Below, in pieces: positions 20,506-27,827 of a stretch of DNA of 41,479 nucleotides. The stretch is from the IMG/VR virus record IMGVR_UViG_3300020386_000268, positions 1 to 41,479 of that record; one strand, written 5' to 3'. Position 1 is the first letter of the stretch; each line of letters starts with the position of its first letter. The DNA is from a virus (lineage: Duplodnaviria > Caudoviricetes). Under the pieces are notes generated by a model, which saw nothing but the letters and a program-made list of their open reading frames with translations, made no database searches and was not told the origin of the DNA. A program made the position numbers and the translations under genes.

Positions 20506-21021
20506 TTAAGATGCTTTATATTCGTAAACAAGTTTCTTATTCTCTCTATCAACTGCTCCAAGGTAAGAAACCCTGTTGTCTTTATCATACTCCACTTTCC
20601 ATTGAAGTTTTTTAAGCCTTCTTTGAAACTGAATTGGAGATTCATTTGGCAGGAAATTAATCCAAATGAATGGAAAATCATAAAGTTCTCTACCGATACC
20701 CCAATTGAAACACGCTCTTTTAAATGCGTCACTCGCCTGTCCTTTTTCTTTTTCTGTTTTAGATTCAGTACCTACGTCTTGTTTTGAGATCCATTCGCCA
20801 GAGTCTGGGTCTTTAACTGATACACTACAGAATAAGTTTCCGTTTATTAACTCATAGCTTTTCTTCCACCCAAACTTTCCGTAAAGATCGTCAAGGATTT
20901 TCATGTCACACCTTGCGTCTTTGTATGCAAGTATTATTGCTCCTTTGTCTGTGTTCGATTGTACCCTAAAATCAATCTGATCCGCTTTTAGGGGGACGTA
21001 TTTTGTTTTTTGTTTTGTCAT
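20506..21021 (-). CDS. Rad52/Sak-like single-strand annealing protein
   Basis: LAYKDAR..M..LD...G...W, KQDVG, EKGQASDAFKRACFNWGIGRELYD. Confidence 0.85.
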   Translation of the reverse strand: MTKQKTKYVPLKADQIDFRVQSNTDKGAIILAYKDARCDMKILDDLYGKFGWKKSYELINGNLFCSVSVKDPDSGEWISKQDVGTESKTEKEKGQASDAFKRACFNWGIGRELYDFPFIWINFLPNESPIQFQRRLKKLQWKVEYDKDNRVSYLGAVDRENKKLVYEYKAS

Positions 21022-21445
21022 TTAAGTAAGTATTTAAGTTAATTGCATTTATATTTAATAGCGACTGAATGTTTTTATTTAGAGTCTTGATCTCTGTGGT
21101 CATCTTATCAGTCAGTTTTATATGACCCTTCTTGATATCGTCTGAATAACTCTCAAGAGTGTTTTGTTTGTAGGTTAAAGCTAGGCAGTTCTCAATATGT
21201 TGTGGATCGTCTTTTAAAAAAAGATCAATAAGCTCGTCTTCCATTGGTCTATACATATTACTATTAGTATGATAGATTTCGTAATGATGGTCTCCGTTGG
21301 TCTTAATATACTTTTCAACTTTAAATAGTTTTCCATATATATAATTTAATTTTCCAAACCTTATTGATTCATATCCTTTGGATATTAACCTTTCAAAAAG
21401 AACAGAAATTTTATCATTTCTGTAAACCCTGGAGATATCGCTCAT
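20972..21445 (-). CDS. Hypothetical protein
   Basis: 157 aa ORF in operon. Confidence 0.7.
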   Translation of the reverse strand: MSDISRVYRNDKISVLFERLISKGYESIRFGKLNYIYGKLFKVEKYIKTNGDHHYEIYHTNSNMYRPMEDELIDLFLKDDPQHIENCLALTYKQNTLESYSDDIKKGHIKLTDKMTTEIKTLNKNIQSLLNINAINLNTYLNDKTKNKIRPPKSGSD

Positions 21446-21644
21446 ACCAAATTAAGTCTTTTAAAGTCTTGTCTAGCTTGTTTCTAAACTTTTTCTTTTT
21501 GATTTTCTTTCTTGCTTTTTGCATACAGAGATTCATCATGGCTAAGTGACAAGTCACAATTTTCTTTCTGACCATCTGCTCTCTTCTTCTTTTCTTTCTT
21601 GCTTTCAAATACCTTTGGTAATTGAATATTCTTATTTTTATCAT
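21414..21644 (-). CDS. Small, highly basic hypothetical protein
   Basis: A-rich start context and overlap with the next gene. Competes with overlapping ORF 21484..21732. Confidence 0.5.
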   Translation of the reverse strand: MIKIRIFNYQRYLKARKKRRREQMVRKKIVTCHLAMMNLCMQKARKKIKKKKFRNKLDKTLKDLIWYERYLQGLQK

Positions 21645-21732
21645 CGTTTGTTTTTTTGTAGTGAATGTATGGTAATTGTGTCCATAAATGCCACTCGTTT
21701 GAATCGTCTAAATTATCTAAATTATTTTCCAT
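21484..21732 (-). CDS. Hypothetical protein overlapping 21414..21644 in another frame
   Basis: ATG just downstream of a structured intergenic element. Confidence 0.4.
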   Translation of the reverse strand: MENNLDNLDDSNEWHLWTQLPYIHYKKTNDDKNKNIQLPKVFESKKEKKKRADGQKENCDLSLSHDESLYAKSKKENQKEKV

Positions 21733-21869
21733 GCTTGTGAATCTTTGTTTATGAGGGGAGGGAGGGAACCCCTCTAAACAAATTATAAAGAATTACTAAC
21801 CAAAAATACAATGAAACCCTCCCAAAAAATTTATCTAATTTTAAAACTACTAATAACTTGTTAATAAAC

Positions 21870-22052
21870 CTAATTTTTCAAAAACAAATTAATCTGCTTG
21901 TGAAACAAGTCCATCAGAGCCTCGATGTTTTCTTGAGGTTGCAATGTTGCTAGAAGAGTCAGATACTTAACGCAAGTATCAAACTGCGACTGCTTTTTAC
22001 AAGACTTGATAACCCTTTCAGCCTTTATAAATAGTTCTGATTTCTTTCTCAT
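21870..22052 (-). CDS. Hypothetical protein
   Basis: 60 aa, 3 nt after the upstream stop. Confidence 0.7.
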   Translation of the reverse strand: MRKKSELFIKAERVIKSCKKQSQFDTCVKYLTLLATLQPQENIEALMDLFHKQINLFLKN

Positions 22053-22055
22053 AAA

Positions 22056-22649
22056 CTAATTGTATCGTTTCATTCTCTCGTTCCTCTCTGTAGTCTCTTT
22101 CAGAAATTTGTCTGTCCCTTGGAAGAATATATACTTTTCAGGGTCGTCCTCTTCTTTATATGTATCCGTGACTGAAATATTCATAACAAACCTAGTGTCT
22201 GTTGCACTCAATGTAAAGTGGATTACATAAATGTTGTAGATATATTCCTCTGAATATGCACCCACCTCATTTTTAAATGGCATTAAATAAAATTGACCTG
22301 CATCTTTCTTAAAATGCTTAACCAATTGTGCAGATAAACATTCTGATCCATTAGCTATTTTGTCTTTTGGATCAATGTCTGACCTTATACCATTAACCAA
22401 GGTAAACCCATCTAAAAATTTAGCCAGTTCTAGCCCATGTCCATACATATGACCATCATACTGCCTATATAAATTTATAAGAGAGTCTTTAGCCTTGCCA
22501 CTTTTCGTATGCTTGACCACATACCTCGCTATATCCTTAAATGTCTGCTCTACAGACTTTTTTAAGGTGTTCTCTGTTACTTTTCTTTTTTCTCCCAATA
22601 GCTTATCTCCATCTATTGGAATTACTCTTGTTAAACTTCTTGTTCCCAT
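22056..22649 (-). CDS. Conserved phage hypothetical protein (MGTRS...YRQYDG type)
   Basis: MGTRSLT, LYRQYDGH..GHG.EL..FL and EEYIY patterns recur in phage early genes (from memory). Confidence 0.7.
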   Translation of the reverse strand: MGTRSLTRVIPIDGDKLLGEKRKVTENTLKKSVEQTFKDIARYVVKHTKSGKAKDSLINLYRQYDGHMYGHGLELAKFLDGFTLVNGIRSDIDPKDKIANGSECLSAQLVKHFKKDAGQFYLMPFKNEVGAYSEEYIYNIYVIHFTLSATDTRFVMNISVTDTYKEEDDPEKYIFFQGTDKFLKETTERNERMKRYN

Positions 22650-22658
22650 TTAATTAAA

Positions 22659-23219
22659 TTATAATTTGTTATACGATAATATTTTAAATTCAGGTAGATT
22701 TATAGCATCAGGTTTTTTTGATGTCAAATCTTTTTTACTTGAACCTTTTACATAGAGATCATAAAATTCCTCTATGTCCTCACAATTATAAAAAATTGTG
22801 TCATCATCAACTACATCTCCAACTCCTATTATATAGTTTTTGCAGATTTCATTGTTGTCCCTCCATTGTATTGTGCAATTGTATAAAGAGCCTTTTTCTT
22901 TTAAATCAAAGCTATCGCAAAAATTATGTAAAGTTTCCCAACAAATTCCATAATTTGCATCATAATTATCTTTCATTGTTTCTAATACTTGCATACCTTC
23001 TTCATCGGTACAAGTATAACCAAGGGAGCGAATATCATCCACTCCCCACTCTATACATATAGTATTTTTCTCTTTTGAAATTTCTTCAAAATGTCTCAAA
23101 GCCCTATCTAAACCTTGACATATTCCTATGTACTCGAATTTAGAATGGCTATCGTTTATCCATTCTTTATCATCCTTGATGTCTTGGATTACTCTTTTAA
23201 AGTCTTCTATTGTTATCAT
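22659..23219 (-). CDS. Acidic hypothetical protein
   Basis: 186 aa, first gene after the promoter at 23238-23269. Confidence 0.7.
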   Translation of the reverse strand: MITIEDFKRVIQDIKDDKEWINDSHSKFEYIGICQGLDRALRHFEEISKEKNTICIEWGVDDIRSLGYTCTDEEGMQVLETMKDNYDANYGICWETLHNFCDSFDLKEKGSLYNCTIQWRDNNEICKNYIIGVGDVVDDDTIFYNCEDIEEFYDLYVKGSSKKDLTSKKPDAINLPEFKILSYNKL

Positions 23220-23237
23220 ATTAAATTGAATTTGTGT

Positions 23238-23269
23238 TAAAGATATGTATTTAGTTCGAATCTACCAAA
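23238..23269 (-). promoter_or_regulatory. Bacteroidota sigma70-type promoter (TTTG-N20-TATCTTTA)
   Basis: Canonical spacing with one mismatch in the -7 element. Spacer nearly identical to the promoter at 28086-28117. Confidence 0.7.
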
Positions 23270-23271
23270 TA

Positions 23272-23640
23272 CTAATCATCTGATTGTTCTTTGTCGGCAT
23301 ATTCACAGGCATCGTTGTATAAGTTTTTGTTTACTTTATATACATAGTCAACAAAATAATTATACCACTCTACTTTAGAATCAAGTTCAGCATTCTGTTC
23401 TTGCAGTCTTTCCTCATCATATGCATCAGAAGATTTTGACCCATCGTCCTCCAAATTAATTGTTGTAAGAGAATCTGACCCATTGTCTTGGCTCATTATA
23501 TCTAAATCATCTGCATCAGCTTGTGCTATCCACTCTTCATCTGTCCAACTTTCACAATTTGGATAGTCAATATGAAACCCTCCGAGATTCATATAAAATT
23601 CCTTAATTAAGGAAACCTTTTTACTCATTATTTTACTCAT
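23272..23640 (-). CDS. Acidic early hypothetical protein
   Basis: ATG 25 nt after processing site S1. Confidence 0.75.
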   Translation of the reverse strand: MSKIMSKKVSLIKEFYMNLGGFHIDYPNCESWTDEEWIAQADADDLDIMSQDNGSDSLTTINLEDDGSKSSDAYDEERLQEQNAELDSKVEWYNYFVDYVYKVNKNLYNDACEYADKEQSDD

Positions 23641-23649
23641 AATATTTAA

Positions 23650-23693
23650 TTTAAGATTAATAATAGACGTTGAGGGATAGTCTCCTACCCCTC
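23650..23693 (-). repeat. S1: hairpin + hammerhead substrate site (ACGUC^UAUUAUU), cut 23666/23665
   Basis: GAGGGGUAG-GAGA-CUAUCCCUC hairpin, then AACGUCUAUUAUUAAUCUUAAA. Confidence 0.85.
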
Positions 23694-23699
23694 TTGTTT

Positions 23700-24011
23700 T
23701 TACTCAGACTCCCAAATGCTACGAAAATTTGGATTTCCCAGTAACTCTTGATAAGACTCATTTAAAATCTTGTCGTCTTTATATAAGTCTTCAAGATATT
23801 CTTTTAGCTTGGGCATTGTTGTCTTAACGTGCCTTGCTAAATATTTAAATGATTCTCTTTTGCTTGGCTCTTCTATTTCTAAAAAACCATTTTCGTCAAA
23901 GTAAAAATTAAGATTTAAGTTAGTCATCTCTTCGTTTACTTTGTGTGTAATCCATATTGACACCGACTGATTTTCGTGGTCAAAGGATGTACTAAATTTT
24001 GAATGTAACAT
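23700..24011 (-). CDS. Early hypothetical protein
   Basis: ATG 25 nt after S2. Confidence 0.75.
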   Translation of the reverse strand: MLHSKFSTSFDHENQSVSIWITHKVNEEMTNLNLNFYFDENGFLEIEEPSKRESFKYLARHVKTTMPKLKEYLEDLYKDDKILNESYQELLGNPNFRSIWESE

Positions 24012-24020
24012 ATTATTAAA

Positions 24021-24058
24021 TTTAAAGTTAGTAATAGACGTTATATAATACTATATAA
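24021..24058 (-). repeat. S2: hairpin + hammerhead substrate site, cut 24037/24036
   Basis: UUAUAUA-GUAU-UAUAUAA, then CGUCUAUUACUAACUUUAAA. Confidence 0.85.
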
Positions 24059-24090
24059 AAAAATGAGAGGTAGAAAAATCTACCCCCCAT
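24057..24090 (-). terminator. Intrinsic terminator inside the early operon
   Basis: AUGGGGGGUAGA-UUUU-UCUACCUCUCAU (two G.U pairs) followed by a U-tract. Confidence 0.7.
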
Positions 24091-24104
24091 ATAAAAAAAC
24101 TAAT

Positions 24105-24437
24105 CTAATCAACATTAACTAAAACTTCTTCTGAATCCGTACTGAATCCATTAATACCAGTTCCAGTAGAAAAACGTATAGTCCAATAATAGAACGCCAC
24201 TATGTCTCGGTGTTTAGGAGAAATATTTCTCTTTTCAATAGCGTCATCGAGTGTCGAAAAATATTCAACGTGCCTTGAGGGATTTTTACTTGACGGGCAA
24301 TCGCTTTGAATCCAAGTTCCAGTCTTTGATAACATAAAACCTTTCATTTTTTCTGCATCGTAACCTTTCTTGACTACCAAATAGTGGTCAGGATTTTTGT
24401 TTCTTTCTCTTGAAACCTCTGTATATTGATTTTCCAT
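24105..24437 (-). CDS. Early hypothetical protein
   Basis: ATG 25 nt after S3. Confidence 0.75.
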   Translation of the reverse strand: MENQYTEVSRERNKNPDHYLVVKKGYDAEKMKGFMLSKTGTWIQSDCPSSKNPSRHVEYFSTLDDAIEKRNISPKHRDIVAFYYWTIRFSTGTGINGFSTDSEEVLVNVD

Positions 24438-24446
24438 ATAATATTA

Positions 24447-24489
24447 TTTAAAGTTAGTAATAGACGTTGGGGAGGATATACCCCCCCAA
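24447..24489 (-). repeat. S3: hairpin + hammerhead substrate site, cut 24463/24462
   Basis: UUGGGGGGG-UAUAU-CCUCCCCAA, then CGUCUAUUACUAACUUUAAA. Confidence 0.85.
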
Positions 24490-24493
24490 AAAA

Positions 24494-24925
24494 TTATGGG
24501 CTTTCATACAAACATAAAGCCTTCCGTTCTTGGCATAGCCATGTGTCTCTATTGACACCTTTTACAACTGATGTTAGATGACCACCAAACCCTACTTTTA
24601 TATCAAAAATGTAGTTTTTGTTAACATCTAAAAACCTTTTGTGTTTCCACATTGGTAACCAACCCTTACCTTGTTTCAAAGATTTTTTAGTCCACCCTTT
24701 ACTTTCCAAGTAAGGCTCATAAACATCACGACAATTCAAATACGGAATTCCTTTCTCAACTGCCACATCCATTAAGTCTTTAAAGACTTTCATGTAGTCC
24801 AGTTCTAATGATAATGCGATTGCCCTAATAGCACAATCTCCTACCAAATCTTTTTTCTTTCCGACTGGGAAATACTTTTCCCTACCTCCATGAGAATGTT
24901 CATACTTAATAAAATTAATTTTCAT
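24494..24925 (-). CDS. Early protein with possible Cys-His-Asp (papain-like) motifs; start revised to MKINFIK
   Basis: GDCAIRAIA...Y, GGHLTSV..G and DTW. ATG 26 nt after S4. Confidence 0.65.
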   Translation of the reverse strand: MKINFIKYEHSHGGREKYFPVGKKKDLVGDCAIRAIALSLELDYMKVFKDLMDVAVEKGIPYLNCRDVYEPYLESKGWTKKSLKQGKGWLPMWKHKRFLDVNKNYIFDIKVGFGGHLTSVVKGVNRDTWLCQERKALCLYESP

Positions 24926-24935
24926 AATTATATAA

Positions 24936-24976
24936 TTTAAGATTAGTAATAGACGTTGGGGACACATAGCCCCCAA
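24936..24976 (-). repeat. S4: hairpin + hammerhead substrate site, cut 24952/24951
   Basis: UUGGGGGC-UAUGU-GUCCCCAA, then CGUCUAUUACUAAUCUUAAA. Confidence 0.85.
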
Positions 24977-24980
24977 ACAA

Positions 24981-25781
24981 TTATTTAATTAATCTGAATT
25001 GATAGTCACAATCTCCGTTATAATATTCAGCCGAAATAAATGGCTCAAATTTTTCTCCTTGAGATTTTCTTTGCTCCTCAAGTTCTTCAGCTTCAGAACA
25101 ATCATGCTCCGTAACTTTAGTAATCAAATTATCAATCTCTTCAAAATATTCCTCCTTTGTTAAAACTTCAACTTCATTTAAACTTGTTGTTATTTTAACG
25201 CCATACGGAATTTTATTACTTTGATTGAATTCAAGAATCTGATATGACCCATAGTCTTCTCCAACTGAATAAGATATGATTTTTTTCTTCAGTAATCTAC
25301 CATCGCCCCATTGAGAATTATCATCGTAAAACTCCACGCTTGGATGTTCGTGTAGACTCTCACATTTAGGCACAAAACCCTTGTTAAAATTAACTTGTCT
25401 TTTAACAAATTCTTCAGCATCATTATATGCTTGATGCTCACACGAATACTTTTTAATTTGTACACCATTTTCAGAAGAATATCCTTCTCCATTCCAAGTA
25501 TCGACTAAAAGATAGGTTTTGGAAGAAGAATCCTTCATATTGTCCTCATTAACCTTGAGAGTATATAACGGTGTAGGATTGTCTTCCCAATTGATAACAA
25601 TCTCATCGTCAACTAAAAATTGACTTTTGTCGTCAATCACATTCCATTGCTCAAGTTCTTCACGAGAAAATTCATCACTATACTCTCCTTCATTATAAAG
25701 TTTTTGTGCTTGTTCAACTGAATCAGCTTCAACTTCAATTTCTGTTGAAATAGTCTTTGTTTCAATAATTGTAATTTTCAT
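24981..25781 (-). CDS. Acidic early hypothetical protein; start revised to MKITIIETK
   Basis: ATG 26 nt after S5. N-terminal EVEADS.EQA motif is common in small phage domains. Confidence 0.7.
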   Translation of the reverse strand: MKITIIETKTISTEIEVEADSVEQAQKLYNEGEYSDEFSREELEQWNVIDDKSQFLVDDEIVINWEDNPTPLYTLKVNEDNMKDSSSKTYLLVDTWNGEGYSSENGVQIKKYSCEHQAYNDAEEFVKRQVNFNKGFVPKCESLHEHPSVEFYDDNSQWGDGRLLKKKIISYSVGEDYGSYQILEFNQSNKIPYGVKITTSLNEVEVLTKEEYFEEIDNLITKVTEHDCSEAEELEEQRKSQGEKFEPFISAEYYNGDCDYQFRLIK

Positions 25782-25791
25782 AATATTTAAT

Positions 25792-25835
25792 TTTAAGATT
25801 AGTAATAGACGTTGGAGGGAAATACATCCCTCCAA
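25792..25835 (-). repeat. S5: hairpin + hammerhead substrate site, cut 25808/25807
   Basis: UUGGAGGGA-UGUAUU-UCCCUCCAA, then CGUCUAUUACUAAUCUUAAA. Confidence 0.85.
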
Positions 25836-25840
25836 TCATA

Positions 25841-26806
25841 TTAAACAAAAACTCTTCCTAAACCATTATCAGCAGTAACCTTACCACCAAATCCATAATT
25901 AGATTTTTGTGCAACGATATTGCTAAACTGGTTGAAGATAGATTGATCAAGTCTTTGAAGACTACCAGTCAATTTAGACTCTTGTCTTGAATTCTCTGAC
26001 CCTCCTTTGTGAGTGCTATAATGTGTAACACCACTAAATAAACCCCATAGTGTTTTACCTTTATAACTCATCTCTTCAGCGATTGACCTTGTAACTTTCT
26101 CACAAATATTAATCTTCCTTGTACTATACTTATCTTGGGCAATAGCCATAGAAAGTTTAGTATCAACTCCACTAATTTTTTCAATCACTTTTTGTGCAAA
26201 GGAATCATCAATCTCAATGTTTGCCATCTTATTAAAAGTCTCGTACAGACTTGTATCAGACTCTTCAAGATTTTCCAATGCTCTCAATGATACATCTATT
26301 AGTCTTCTCATATTGCTCGTATGACGTGCAGAGGATTCTAATGATTTTTTCATTGCAGAGAATTGATTGTCACATGAAATTGTAACTCCAGTAGTACCCC
26401 ATCTTAATGAGGTGCTACCATCATGAGAATTAATAGCAGTTGCATAACGCTTGATTGTATCTTGACCAACTTTGATTGGCTCCAGTTCCAACTGCATCGC
26501 AACTCTACGACCACCTTTAAATGATACACCATGTGTTATTGGTTTCCCAATCACATCGGCAACATTCAAAACCAGTTCAGCCAGTTCTGAATTTTGGAAT
26601 ATTTCGTATTGCTTGGTAAATGCACCAAAACAATCTTTGTTATCTGAACGGACAACACCGAAAAAATCGGTTTTGTATGAATCGACACCATCAATAAATT
26701 GCAATGGTTTCTTTTCAACTTTCCAATTCATGTTAAACTTATCCAAAGTATTTTCTACTTCTGACTTGCTAATAAACTCTTGATTTTTTGTAATAGAATT
26801 TTTCAT
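25841..26806 (-). CDS. DUF932-family (phage/plasmid-like) protein
   Basis: MNWKVEK.P, VVRSDN...G...QYEIFQN, GGRRV, NSHDGSTS, SCDNQF, RHT and TLWGLFSGVTHY. Confidence 0.8.
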   Translation of the reverse strand: MKNSITKNQEFISKSEVENTLDKFNMNWKVEKKPLQFIDGVDSYKTDFFGVVRSDNKDCFGAFTKQYEIFQNSELAELVLNVADVIGKPITHGVSFKGGRRVAMQLELEPIKVGQDTIKRYATAINSHDGSTSLRWGTTGVTISCDNQFSAMKKSLESSARHTSNMRRLIDVSLRALENLEESDTSLYETFNKMANIEIDDSFAQKVIEKISGVDTKLSMAIAQDKYSTRKINICEKVTRSIAEEMSYKGKTLWGLFSGVTHYSTHKGGSENSRQESKLTGSLQRLDQSIFNQFSNIVAQKSNYGFGGKVTADNGLGRVFV

Positions 26807-26815
26807 TTTATATAA

Positions 26816-26854
26816 TTTAAGATTAGTAATAGACGTGGGAGGATTACCCTCCCA
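26816..26854 (-). repeat. S6: hairpin + hammerhead substrate site, cut 26832/26831
   Basis: UGGGAGG-GUAAU-CCUCCCA, then CGUCUAUUACUAAUCUUAAA. Confidence 0.85.
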
Positions 26855-26860
26855 TTGTAA

Positions 26861-27091
26861 CTAAAGATTCCTACCGAATGCCATAAACTCATCAATCTCA
26901 TCAAGTCCATCGATAAGTTTATCTATTCTTGGCAATTGTGATGGCTCATTGTGTATTGCAAACTTTTTCAGTTCCAACAATGAACACCATAATGTGCCGA
27001 TGTTATCATCATAATTTTTAGGATTAGAATTAACATAGAATACTGCATTTTGCTCTTTAGCTAAATCAAAGTGTTTAGATATAATATCCAT
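26861..27091 (-). CDS. Early hypothetical protein
   Basis: ATG 25 nt after S7. Confidence 0.75.
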   Translation of the reverse strand: MDIISKHFDLAKEQNAVFYVNSNPKNYDDNIGTLWCSLLELKKFAIHNEPSQLPRIDKLIDGLDEIDEFMAFGRNL

Positions 27092-27100
27092 TTTATTTTA

Positions 27101-27141
27101 TTTAAGATTAGTAATAGACGTTGGGAGATTGTCTCTCCCAA
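27101..27141 (-). repeat. S7: hairpin + hammerhead substrate site, cut 27117/27116
   Basis: UUGGGAGA-GACAA-UCUCCCAA, then CGUCUAUUACUAAUCUUAAA. Confidence 0.85.
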
Positions 27142-27151
27142 TCACAAACAA

Positions 27152-27340
27152 TCAGTTAATCTTGATTGAATGTTTTTTCAATTGTTCTGAATTTTCTAAT
27201 TGCTCACATACGTTGTAAACTACGGCATTAATTAGTTTGAATGTTTGAGGATTTAATCCGCTAACATCTAATTTATCTAATGCGTTACAAGTAAGAATTT
27301 CAGCATTTGAAAACATTTGAATTGAAATTGTATTTTCCAT
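27152..27340 (-). CDS. Early hypothetical protein
   Basis: ATG 26 nt after S8. Confidence 0.75.
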   Translation of the reverse strand: MENTISIQMFSNAEILTCNALDKLDVSGLNPQTFKLINAVVYNVCEQLENSEQLKKHSIKIN

Positions 27341-27351
27341 TTTATATAATA

Positions 27352-27392
27352 TTTAGATTAGTAATAGACGTTGGAGGAATCTCTTCCTCCGA
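27352..27392 (-). repeat. S8: hairpin + hammerhead substrate site, cut 27367/27366
   Basis: GGAGGAA-GAGA-UUCCUCC, then AACGUCUAUUACUAAUCUAAA. Confidence 0.85.
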
Positions 27393-27398
27393 CCATAA

Positions 27399-27704
27399 TT
27401 AAATAGACTCTTCTACTCTATCTAATATTTCAGAAAGTTCAATTAGTGTACTTGGTTTGAATATTTCTGACTCATGCAAATCAGTCATAAGTCTATCATA
27501 CCAGTAACCATCAAAAAGTCCAAACAGCATGTTTGTTATTTCAGAATCATAATCTCCAGTTCCATAGGTTGATTGAATCATATTTAATACCAATGTTCTA
27601 TCATCCTGTCCAAAAATTTCGTGTCTGTCAAATCTTCTGTGAGTGTACTCTTTCGTTGGATTCATATGTTTCTGAATCTTCTGTAGATAATTAGTGTAGT
27701 TCAT
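27399..27704 (-). CDS. First early gene, hypothetical
   Basis: ATG 27 nt after the ribozyme cis cleavage site. Confidence 0.75.
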   Translation of the reverse strand: MNYTNYLQKIQKHMNPTKEYTHRRFDRHEIFGQDDRTLVLNMIQSTYGTGDYDSEITNMLFGLFDGYWYDRLMTDLHESEIFKPSTLIELSEILDRVEESI

Positions 27705-27724
27705 TTTAATATAGTTTTAAGATT

Positions 27725-27827
27725 AGTAATAGACGCAGAGGTAATTGAAACAACTACCTCATCGTCACGTTTCGTCCTGTATGAAAGCTACTAAACGCTC
27801 AAACCATTTGGACTCGTCAGTATTACT
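27725..27827 (-). ncRNA. Type I hammerhead ribozyme, predicted cleavage GUC^ at 27732/27731
   Basis: Minus strand reads AGUAAUA (stem I) CUGACGA (core) GUCC-32 nt-GGAC (stem II) GAA ACG..hairpin..CGU (stem III) C^ UAUUACU (stem I'). All core nucleotides and three stems are present. Confidence 0.93.

Noticed and set aside
24926-25835. ORF-track N-terminal extensions (MGAMCPQRLLLIL, MEGCISLQRLLLIL) as a shared peptide motif
   Set aside because: They are translations of the RNA repeat. The true starts are 24925 and 25781.
23672-27392. S1-S8 hairpins as intrinsic terminators
   Set aside because: They are followed by (AA)CGUC rather than a U-tract on the coding strand.
23650-27735. Repeat array as CRISPR or integron attC sites
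   Set aside because: Units are separated by whole genes of 190-970 bp, no cas or integrase gene is seen, and the hairpins vary in sequence.
23650-27735. Repeats as phage promoters
   Set aside because: Not formally excluded. However, there is no TAnnTTTG or recognisable RNA polymerase, the conserved bases match the hammerhead arms exactly, and G.U patterns indicate RNA-level selection.
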